64,000 nt of DNA, taken from Mobula hypostoma. Lineage: Eukaryota. Below are positions 25,526 through 36,339 of this stretch, in pieces; the first letter of the stretch is position 1, and every line of letters starts with the position of its first letter. The notes under the pieces were generated by a model that was not told where the DNA came from, searched no databases, and worked only from the letters and a program-made list of their open reading frames with translations. The DNA is taken from assembly GCF_963921235.1 (NCBI RefSeq), contig NC_086109.1:21516001-21580000 (forward strand), given 5' to 3'. The position numbers were made by a program, and so were the translations under genes.

Positions 25526-26499
25526 ATCAATGCTTGAAGGTCAATTGGGAATCTGGAAGTAAAGGCCTGATGGCTGGAGCCCTGAGTGTGCAAGTCCACT
25601 GGGGAAGTTGAAGCCCAATATCTGTGAATTTGCAAGTCCACGAAAGGCTGAAAGCTGGAAGCTGGTCCTGGGGTTGGAGAACTGTGTAAGTGCGTGGACT
25701 GGTGGGTCCGATTTAGTAATAGGGCTTGTTTTGCTGTTGTTGCTTTGTTGATATTTTTGGGCTCTGCGATAAATAAAATGAATCTGAATGTTAATCTGAA
25801 TCTGAATTTTTCAGCTTTGATCTTTGAAATTGACCTCTGGACTTCCAAATGACCTTCAGATGTTTGATGTCGATATTTGGAATCAGCCCCTGTACTGGCC
25901 AATGATGGGACCCCAGACTCCAGGCTCGAACGCTGGGTCAGAATATGTAAGTATTTGGATACTTATTAGGGCTCATTAGGGATAGTCAACATGACTTTGT
26001 GTGTGGTAGTTTGGTTATCAGGGCCATTTCAGTGGTTAGTTATTACTCATTGTTTGTCTGCCTCAGCTGTAGTTTCACAATATCGTTACTGCATTACAAT
26101 ACATTTGCTACATCCACACTCTGTTTTGGAGCTAATTATCGGTCACTCTTCTGGTCTGACCAGACACTTCCTGTCTCCATTCTTACCACTGGTTCCCTTG
26201 GGTGACTGTCTCTTCCTTTCCCTTCTCCACCTGAAAGATAAGTAAATTGATTCAGGAAGAAAATACTTAATCTGCCTGTTGTTCATCTGTTTGCACTCCA
26301 CTGGTCATAGTGATAAAGCAGAACATAAAAGTTTTTATCCAATGGCATTGTTTTAATGTAGTTGACCATAGTTATTGACAAATTAGCTTCTCTGTTACCT
26401 TGAACTTTGCTACATACCAATGCTCACTACACAGCTCTGAATTACATACTCAAAAGGACATGACTTTTCATTATCAGGACTAGTTATGCCTTTTGATGC

Positions 26500-26875
26500 C
26501 TTCTTTCTTATACCTATTATTGCCACTGGCATTTAGGGCAGCAATGAATGTCCTCCATCTCTGACTGCATTGATGGCTTCCTTCATCATGCCAGTAGCTT
26601 CCTCTCAGTTTACTGTCAGTCATGCAAGTCCCAGACAAAGACTTCATTGCTGCTTCCAGAAAAGTTTTATTTGACCTGTCAGGGTTGTTAGTCCTGAGCT
26701 GAACTCCCGAACCTGGAGGATCGGTAGACGACTCTTGGTCTGACTTTGACCCTTTGACCTGTTTGGCATGGGTGTCTCTACCAAAAGCCAAAGCAAAAAG
26801 CCCTGACTCCAGCCAGCATAGCTCTCCAGATGGTTGAGGCTCGCAAGCCTCCAAACCACGATGAGGTTGTGGTGC
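26500..26875 (-). mobile_element. RTE-derived non-autonomous element
   Basis: ORF 26480..26854 ends SQRWRTFIAALNASG, resembling an RTE C-terminus, joined to 5'UTR-like sequence. Confidence 0.5.
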
Positions 26876-27095
26876 TTAGAGGATTTGGTGTCTTGCTCCT
26901 TTACTAAATCGTTTTCTACAAACTCATGTTTGGACATTCATTTATTTTACTGGTGTGAACCCACTTCAATACCTACACCAAGGGTGCCAGGTGTAGAATT
27001 TTGTTATAACCATAAAAAAAAATGTCTGTTTTAATTGAGCAGATTGAAGCTGCATTTAAAACCGCTCATTACTAGACATCTCTGGAAATGCAGCT

Positions 27096-28395
27096 TGTTA
27101 GCCCCTTGCTAACAACCACTGGACTCTGCGGCAAGAAGCCCCCCTTTCTCAGGCTCCATATGTCTAGGGTGTTTACGACTTTGGTCCTGTGTGATTTACT
27201 GCTCCCCTGCAATCGCTCGTCAGCAAGAAATAACAAATGACACACTGCATGCAATTACAAAGAAAGTATACTTATGAACGTTAACTTAACTGTAAGGGAT
27301 TTCTTCTTTTATGTTACTGTGAAGGCTAACAAAATGGCTTCTTTGTTACGTTATAATTAAAATGGCTTTTCTGTAATAATAACTGTGATGTAAGGAGTTC
27401 TCTCTCTCTCTCTCTCTGCTTGCTTAGGTTATATTATTGATAAGAGAGAGAACGAACCAATTGGGATAGATGTTATTCTTTCTTGTGTGTCTGTAAGCTA
27501 TTGTGTTTCGTGGGCTTTGAGGGAGAAGGCGTGATGGGGACAGGGAGGGGAGACGCCATGCTGTAAGCTGGGCGGCAGGACAGACCCCGAGCGGGAGTCT
27601 TGGTTGAACTTTGATAAGTCTGGCACCTTTTACTTTCCTTTTATATTTTATCTCTATTAATTACATAGTTCCAGTAAGATCTATAAAGTGTCATCATTTA
27701 ATCGCATATGATGTACTGTCTGTTATTTGGCGGGGTGGGGTACATCGCACAGCATCCACACAAACTTGATTACCCAGTTTGGTGGGGCTGAAGGCTGCTC
27801 CCCCAGACGAAAGCGAGTTGAGCGAGCCTGAGGCTTACCAGGGGCTACGTAACTAAAGAGTTATTAAAGGAAGGAAAGGAAAAAAACTAAAAGGGCCCAT
27901 TATAATTAAACAGTCAAATATGCACATAAGTTGGAGCTCATCTTGAACTTGCCTGTAACTCACGAACTGGACTCTCGGTCTGTGTGAAAGCACACACCAC
28001 CTTCCAAAAGTTGCTTGAATTCCATCTCGAACAAATGGGTCTCCCACGGAAGTATTGGTCCATCCTCCTCGAAGCCATTCATCGGCACAAAACACCTTGT
28101 GCAGCAGGGATGGCATCCTTAGCCATCTTCCCTCCTGTCTTTTCCCAGCTACCACCAAATAAGACCTCGACCCACACCAGTGTCCTTCACAAAACCTCTC
28201 CGCCCAGCGTTCTCTAGAACCTTCTCCCAATTCCACCATCCTGATTGGCTGACACCACATTCCTAAGCTGAACAACAAAGCCTCTTATCTCAGCTCAAAC
28301 CCAGACAGGCTGAAAGCAGAACAAGCTGTTCATACAGAACTGCTAAAATGAAATACCTATAGCATAGCAGTAAAAATCTTAACCACAGTGTTACA
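27096..28395. mobile_element. Solo LTR (TG...CA) containing a nested second solo LTR
   Basis: Starts tgttagc and ends gtgttaca; homologous in reverse to 5670-5815 and 9280-9360. No clear TSD seen for the outer unit. Confidence 0.6.
27291..27849. mobile_element. Nested solo LTR with 4-bp TSD
   Basis: tgtaaggg...gggggctacg flanked by taac at 27287-27290 and 27850-27853. Confidence 0.7.
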
Positions 28396-28669
28396 CATTG
28401 TTTCCCTGACATCAGTAACAGGGTATTTCAACCTTTGTGATGATGTGGTCTATGGTTTTCCCATAGATCGGGTTGCTTAGTTAGCTGATTTCCCACTGAC
28501 TCTGGACTTAGCACTACGCAATGAGGTTCTGATGGAGAACAGATGACCAATTACCAGCATAGCTGAACAATAAACTCTCATCTCATTATGTTTTACCTTA
28601 AATGTTTTGCAATTCCTTATACATCAAATTCCTGTTGTCTTCCTAATAAGTTACTCAAGAAGAGGAGCA

Positions 28670-29800
28670 GCAATAAACTGATAATTACAGATCAGTGAGT
28701 CCAACATCAGTGGTAGGGAAGTTGAGGAACAGGGTTTATTTACAGCTAGAGAAATAAAGATTAATCAATGACGATAAGAGTAACTTTGAAAGGCTTTCTG
28801 ATTAAATTTATGAAGAAATAACAAAGTTTATTAAAGAGGGCAATGTGGTTGATGTAATCTACATGGACTTCCACAAGTCCCACATGGGATCTGGCCAGAA
28901 CTTTGGAGCTCTTGGGATCCAGGGCAAGTTGTCAAATTGGATCCAAAACTAACTTGATCATGAGAGTTAGAGGGTGATGACTGAGGGTTGCTTTGTGATT
29001 TAAATCTTGCAACATATAACCACATATTAGTGCTAACAAATTTACTAATTATTCTATACATTAATAATTTGGATGTGAATATACATGGTATGAATAATAA
29101 ATTCAGAAAACTTGTCAGCATTGTTGATAATGAAGAGGGTAATCTTAGACTACAGGATGATATTGCAAAAATAAAGGGGGGAGACAGTGGAAGATAGGAT
29201 TTACTGCAGATATGTGTGAGGTGATGCATTTTCAGAGAAGTAAAAGGAATATTACATACCTAACAATGCTAAGGACAAAGGGAATACTGGAGAACAAGTA
29301 CAAGGATCTCAGAAAGTGGCAACTCTGTTAGATAAAGTGGTTAAGAAGATATACCTGATACTTGCTGAGCACAGATGATAAGAACAGAAAGTTTATAAAA
29401 CATTACTTAGGCCAGACCTGGAATTCTGTTACAGTTCTGGTCACCACACTATAGAAAGGACCTGATCATGCCAGAAAAAGTGCAAAGGAAATGGACCAGG
29501 ATTTTGTCCGGGATGGAGCATTTCAGTTATGAGAAAAGAATGGATATTTGTGTTTTGTTTTCCTTGAAACAGAGGAGCTGATGGAAATCCTGATCAATGT
29601 ATACAAATTTATAAAGGACACGGGTAAGAAAATAATAAGAAACATTGCTCCATAGCTGGCCTGTCTCAAGCCAGAAGACATTGAGTTAATTTAAAGGGTA
29701 AGAGGTCTGGAGGGGATTTTACCAAAAGGGTTGTTAGATCTGGAATGCAATACCTAGGGAGATGTTAGAGGCAGATAATCTTACAACATTCTAGAAATAC
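28670..29800 (+). mobile_element. Ancient, heavily decayed CR1 RT region
   Basis: Remnants aattacagatcagtgagt (NYR.VS), gtggttgatgtaatctacatggacttc (VVDVIYMDF), ILYINNLD and ttctggtcaccacactatagaaagga (FWSPHYRK). Confidence 0.7.
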
Positions 29801-29933
29801 TTATAGTACTGTGCAAAAGTCTTAGGCACATATATAGCTAGTGTGCCTATGACTTTTGCACAGTGCTGTACTAATTTTATGTACAGTATTGCACTGTACT
29901 GCTACCACAAAGAAAAACAAAATTCATGACATA

Positions 29934-31538
29934 CAGTGCCTACAGAAAGTATTCACCCCCTGCCTCAGAAGTTTTCATGTTTTATTCTTTTCCAACATTG
30001 AGTAACAGTGATTTAATTTGTTTTTTTTAACATTGTTCAACAGAAAAGGGCTCTTTTGTGTCAAAATGAAAACAGGTCTCTACAAAGTGATCTAAAGTAA
30101 TTACAAATAGAAAATACAAAATAATTGATTCTAAAAGTATTCAACACCTTCAAGTCAGTATTTAGTAGATGCACCTTTGACAGCAATTACAGCCTTGAGT
30201 CTGTGTGGATAAGTCTCTATCAGCTTTGCACATCTGGACACGGCAAATTTTCCACATTCTTCTTTATCAAACTGCTCAAGCTCTGTCAGATTGCATGGGG
30301 ATCGTAAGAGAACAGCCCTTTTCAAGTCCAGCTACAAATTTTCAATTGGATTGAGGTCTGGACTCTGACTTGACCACTCCAGGATATTAACTTTGTTGTT
30401 TTTAAGCCATTCTTTGGCTTTACGCTTGGGGTCATTGTCTTGCTTGAAAACAAATCATCTCCCAAGTTGCAGTTCTCTTGCAGACTGCATCAAGTTTTCC
30501 TCCAGGATTTCCCTGTATTTTTCTGAATTCATTTTACCCTTTACCTTCTTAGAGCCTGCCAGAGCCTGCTACAGTGAAGCAACCCCACAGCATGATGCAG
30601 CCACCACCATGCTTCATGGTAGGGATGGTGTGTTTTTGATTATGTACTTAGTTTGATGCCCAAAATGCACAACTTTAATTTCATCAGACTGTAGAACCTT
30701 CTTCCAGCTGACTTCAGAGTCTCCCAAGTGCCTTCTGGCAAGCCCTAACTGAGATTTTATGCATGTTTTTGTCAACAGTGGCTTTCTCTTTGCCACTCTC
30801 CCATAAAGCTATGACTGGTGAAGCACCCAGGCAACAGTTGTTGTATGCACAGTCTCTCCAATCTCAGCCACGGAAGCTTGTAATTCCTCTAGAGTTGTCA
30901 ATGGTATCTTGGTGGTCACTCTCACTAGTCCTCTTCTTGCACAGTCAGTTTGTCTCTGAGGATGGCCAGCTCTCGGCAGATTTACAGCTGTGCCATATTC
31001 TTCCCATTTCTTGATCATTGTCTTAACTGTACTCCAAGGAATATTCAGTGACTTGAAAATTTTCTTGTATCCATCTCCTGACTCGTGCTTTTCAATAACT
31101 TTTTTGCAGTGTTGCTTTGAGTGTTCTTTTGTCTTCGTGGTGTAGTTTTTACCAGGACACTGATTCATCAGCAGTTGGATCTTCCAGATACAGATATTTT
31201 TACTACAATCAATTGAAACAGCTTGATGACACACAGGTCTCCAAAAACAGATCTCCATTTCACTAATTATGTGATTTCTAAAACCAATTGGCTGCACCGA
31301 TGATAATTTGGTGTGTCATTTTAAAGTGAGGTGAATACTTGTGCAACCAATTATTTTGTGTTTTATATTTGTAATTAATTTAGATCACTTTGTAGAGATC
31401 TGTTTTCACTTGGACACAAAAGAGTCTTATTTCTGTTGAGCAGTGTCAGGAAGGCCAAATTAAATCACTGGTAATTAATGTTGTAAAACAATAAAACATG
31501 AAAGCTTCCAAGGGGGTGAATACTTCTTATAGGCACTG
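29934..31538 (-). mobile_element. Full-length (about 1.6 kb) Tc1-like DNA transposon with decayed transposase
   Basis: TA-cagtgcct...aggcactg-TA; long TIRs of about 200 bp with inner repeats (aaagtattca at about 29946 and 30134; tgaatactt at about 31333 and 31517). ORF 30809..31297 TKEHSKQ..GDGYKKI..IPWSTV..IKKW..LPRAG; ORF 30614..30796 WKKVLQSDEIK. Confidence 0.92.
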
Positions 31539-31699
31539 TATGTTCCTGAGACTTTTGCACAGTACTGCAGGTGAGTATTTGAATCAACAGCACACAGATG
31601 ATCATAGACCAAGTGTAGGAAGATGTTATTAATATTGGTGAATATTTGACGGTCAAAGGGTCTGATGACATACCGTATGACTCAATGACTCCAAAGGTA

Positions 31700-32956
31700 A
31701 GGTCAGGCAGCATCTACGGAGTGGAACAAATACTCAACCTTTCAGACTGAGACCCTTCATCAGGAAAGGAAAGTGGAAGAGGCCAGAGTAAGAAGGTGGG
31801 GTGGGGGAGCAGAAGAAATGTAGTAAATTGGTTCAGTAAATTTGCTGATGATACAAAGATTGGAGGTGTAGTGGACAGTGTGGAAGGTTTTCAAAGCTTG
31901 CAGAGGGATTTGGACCAGCTGGAAAAATGGGCTGAAAAATGGCAGATGGAGTTTAATACAGACAATTGTGAGGTATTGCACTTTGGAAGGACAAACCAAG
32001 GTAGAACATACAAGGTAAATGGTAGGGCACTGAGGAGTGCAGTAGAACAGGGGGATCTGGGACTACAGATACAAAATTCCCTAAAAGTGGTATCACAGGT
32101 AAATAGGGTCGTAAAGAGAGCTTTTGATACATTGGCCTTTATAAATCAAAGTATTGTGTATAAGAGTTGGAATGTTATGGCGAAGTTGTATAAGGCATTG
32201 GTGAGGCCGAATCTGGAGTACTGAGTGCAGTTTTGGTCACCAAATTACAGGAAGGATATTAATAAGGTTGAAAGAGTGCAGAGAAGGTTTACCAGGATGT
32301 TGCCGGGACTTGAGAAAGTGAGTTAAAGAGAAAGGTTGAATAGGTTAGGACTTTATTCCCTGGATGGTAGAAGAATGAGGGGAGATTTGATAGAGGTATA
32401 TAAAATTATGATGGGTATAGATGGAGTGAATGCAAGCAGGCTTTTTCCACTGAGACTAGGGGAGAAAAAAACCCGAGGACATGGGTTAAGGGTGAAAGGG
32501 GAAAAATTTAAAGGGAAAATTAGGGGGGGCTTCTTCACACAGAGAGTGGTGGGAGTGTGGAATGAGCTGCCAGATGAAGTGGTCAATGTGGGCTCACTTT
32601 TAACATTTAAGAAAAACTTGGACAGGTACATGGATGAGAGGTGTATGGAGGGATATGGTCCAGGTGCAGGTCAGTGGGACTAGGCAGAAAAATGGTTCGG
32701 CACAGCCAAGAAGGGCCAAAGGGCCTGTTTCTGTGCTGTAATGTTCTATGGTTCTATGGTTCTAAGAGGGGAAGGAGTACAAGATGGTAGGTGATAGGTG
32801 AAATAAGTTGAAGGGGATGGTGGGTGGGTGGGGGAAGGGGGATAAAATGAGAAGCGTGGAGGTGCTAGAGAACATCTAGGTGCTGTCTTGTTGACTTCCT
32901 CAAGCATTTTGTGTGTATTGCTCTGGATATACAACATCTGTAGAATCTCTTGTGTT
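31700..32956. repeat. Penelope pLTR-derived element interrupted by a young CR1
   Basis: Inverted pLTR with gacccttcatcagg at about 31751-31764; the purine-rich spacer resumes at 32765; the direct pLTR end agcattttgtgtgtattgctctgga lies at about 32903-32955. Confidence 0.65.
31815..32764 (+). mobile_element. Young 5'-truncated CR1 LINE
   Basis: ORF 31796..32224 SKFADDTKIGG..LQRDLDQL..WQMEFN..LYKALVRPNLEY and ORF 32336..32683; only a couple of stops; (gttctatg)n 3' end. Confidence 0.92.
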
Positions 32957-33574
32957 CAAAAGTAAGGTTTGCCTCTTGAAATATTTGGCTGGTGTTCTGT
33001 TCTCGTTTAACCCACAGACTGATCCATCCCTTTCGTAGTCTGTCCAGGAACATCCAAAATTACACTGCCTTTCCAAATCCTGAGCTCCACCAGCATCTGA
33101 TTATGTGTACTGAATTTTTAACTCCAAAAGGTTTAAGTTAAATTGTGCTTTCAGCGTTGAGAAAATGTTGTCAAGTGGGACGTCAGTTGCACGCCATGCT
33201 GTCAATAAATTTGACAGCACTACCTAAGTGTCACAGCCCACCTCTGCTAATAATATACCCTTTTCATTGGTGGATCTTCACATTATATTCAACATTGTCA
33301 CTCAGAAGTTCCACAATGTAAATTTACCTTGAGGAGCATGTTCAAAAGCACCAAGAAAATAGTGTTTTTTCTGCTTTATCATATTTCTTTCAGATTTTCC
33401 ATGACTGTATATATTCCTGTTGCCACTTCTACCATCTCTCTCTCTTTCTCTCTTTCTCCCCCTCCAGCCTTCCCTTCTTCCCTCCCACCTTCCGTCCCTC
33501 CATTAAGGATTTCAGTACAACCAACCCTCAAATGGACTTTATGCCTGAACCTCAGTCATATCAGCACATGGAGG

Positions 33575-33800
33575 GGAGAGGAACGTCGACTCAGACCATG
33601 AGAGGCCTGCGTCGGGCATTTTCATGCCTTACAAGGCGCAGATTGGAAGTCTGTGTGGGGCGCCACTCCTCGCACAGACACTAGAGCAGTGTGTGGTTAA
33701 GCGCCTTGCTCAAGGGCACAAACACGCTGCCACAGCTGAGGCTCGAACTAGCAACCTTCAGATCACTAGACGAAAGACTTAATCACTTGGCCACGTGCCC
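33575..33800 (-). mobile_element. tRNA-derived SINE (different family)
   Basis: Minus head gggcacgtggccaagtgattaag (A box)...agttcgagcc (B box), followed by gtgcccttgagcaaggcgcttaacc, a conserved SINE-body-like segment. Confidence 0.7.
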
Positions 33801-33919
33801 AACACACAGGGAAGAGAGGCATAATACTATTATTATGAGACCATTCTAAGTGCTGGAAAAAAAAACATTCTCAGTCACTTTTGAATCAGCTAATAGGCCA
33901 TCCCCTTAACAGCAAGGTC

Positions 33920-34640
33920 TATCCAGAGGGTAGACAGAGAGAGCTACAGTGAGATATCATGAAAGAGTACAGGAGAGAGGAAGAGAGGGAGATGGAAGAA
34001 AAGTTGAATGGTACAGGGAGACATGGCAGACATATGTGATGGAAATGAAAAGGAGGAAGATGTTTTGAGGAAGATAAATAGAGACAGAATAAGTGGAAGA
34101 TAGGAAGAGAAAGCAAGTATCATGATGGGAATCATGATCAGGACGAGGTGAAATACAATGAAACATTGAGGGACAGAGTGAGTGAGAGAGACAAAGTGTA
34201 TGAGAGAGGAGACGAGGAAGAGAGAAATAAACACAGCAAAATAGGCAATCGAGAGAGTTTTTGAGAAACTGAATGGTTATGACAGAGAGAGAGAGAATGA
34301 ATACATAGGCACATGCGATAGAGAGTCACAGTAAGTGGGTGAGTGACGGAGGGAGCAAATGGGTGTGTGTGACTGACTGAGAGTGAGTAAGCTTGAGGGA
34401 CAGAGTGAGTGCATGCGTGAGTGAGTGTGCATGGCAGTGACTGTTTGGGAGGAAGAGAGAGAGAGAAAGAGAGAGGGAGAGAGAGAGCGAGAAAGAGTCG
34501 TGTGAGAGACGAAGGTGTGTTTGAGAAAAAATGTGTGAGTGAGAAAGAGTGTATGAAAGTGTGTGTGTGTGAGAGAGCTTGATGTCACAGACAGGAACAG
34601 GGAAACACGGAGATAAAAAGTTATTGGGCGAGACAGAGGT
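33920..34640. repeat. Purine-rich low-complexity tract with (GA)n/(GT)n microsatellites
   Basis: Directly visible gagaga/gtgagt/gtgtgt runs. Confidence 0.85.
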
Positions 34641-36339
34641 CAAACAACGCGGGTGACAGAACAAGGCCAATGTTAAACGACAGAGGGGCAGAGAGAATGC
34701 AACACCTCATAAAGCAGACTGTAATAAATTGACAAATTAACACTCATTAAATTTCCATCCCACTGCAATTGAAGGTTTATTTTGTGCTCCTGTCTTTATT
34801 CCGATTGTAAGCTCTGTGTTCTTGCAGCTTGGTGCAGCTGTCCCCGTCAGCTCTCAGATGTTGCTTCCTTTGCAGGTTTTACACTCGATCTGCTGTGTAA
34901 TGGGAGCCTGAGTGTGAAAGTGAGAAAGGCATCTTGCTAAATTACACCAATAAGTTAATAATGATGGCTATCTATCAAAATGGAGTTTCAATATACTTCC
35001 GCAGTAACTTTCTCCCCGTTGATTATCCACATGGTAACTTACCATGTATTTCATTACTTAGAATTTCAACACTATACAGTTGGTTAAACAGATGGTTTGA
35101 CCTTTAAAAGAAGTGTATTTCCCATGGATACTCACTGGTAGCAGAAGCAATTCTGACTGTTTGCAAAGGAAAATTACCAATCCCAGAGGATACTCAACGG
35201 GATATTCCTTTATTTCAGGAGCACTCAAGGGGACTGACTTTTGATTTTTGTTGAGTTATGGTAGCATAAGAAATAACAGACGAGGCAGCCATAAGGCTCC
35301 TTGAAGTTTCTCTCTTTATATGGATCGTTGATAATCTGATATTTGTCCACTTTCTTACCAATTCCTGTAACAATTCTCTAAAGGAACCATCTAGGGATAA
35401 ATTGTTTTCCACCCCATTTCCATAAAGCCGTAAGACGTAGGAGCAGAATACGGCCATTCAGCCCATCAAATTTGCTCCACCATTCCATAATGGCTGATTC
35501 ATTATCTCTCTAACCCCATTCTCCTGCCTTCTCCTATTAACCTTTGATGCCCTGATTAATCGAGAACCTATCAACTTTAAATATACCCAATGATTTGGCA
35601 TCCACAACTGTCTGTGGTAATGAATTCCACAGATTCACAACGCTATGGCTAAAGAATTTTCTCCCCATCTTTGTTCTAAATAGTCAGGGGCTGCACCCTC
35701 TTATCCTAGACTCCCGCACTATAGGGACCATCTTTACCACATTCACTCTATCTAGGCCTTTCAATATACAATCATTTTCAATGAGATCCCACCTCATTCT
35801 TCTAAACTCCGAGTATGGACCCAGACCCATCAAATGCTCCTTTCATTCCTGGAATCATTCCTGTGAACCTCCTCTGGACCCTCGCCAATGCCACCACATT
35901 GTTTTTAGTTTAGGGGCCTGAAGCACCTTCAATAATTCCAAAAGACTGAAGTTGGGTAAAATACTGAAAGGCTTTTATTCGCTGTACAATATGACCTCCA
36001 TGCTGAGTGTCTGTCCCCGGACTGAGGGGGAGGGGCAAGGCGAAACACCTTTATTCAGGGGTCTGTGGGAGGAGCCACAGGGGCAGTCAGCAGAGGGGCG
36101 TGTCCAGACAGTTAACCCAGTTACAACATATATATGGTTTACCACATTCACCTCTCCTTTTTTTAAAAAGAGTCCTGCGAGGTGAAGTGACTGAAAGTAT
36201 TTAAAACAAGTATATTTACAGGTTAAGTCTATCAGGCGACAAGTCCGTCGCTGTGATCTACGTAGCACCGGTGGTGATTGCATCAGCGACGGCGGTTGTG
36301 CTGGCTCCAGCCAGACTTGAGGTGCCAGCACATCAGGCG

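Noticed and set aside
33919..34670. Cluster of Ser/Leu/His/Thr-rich minus-strand ORFs
   Set aside because: Translation artefacts of (GA)n/(GT)n low-complexity DNA.
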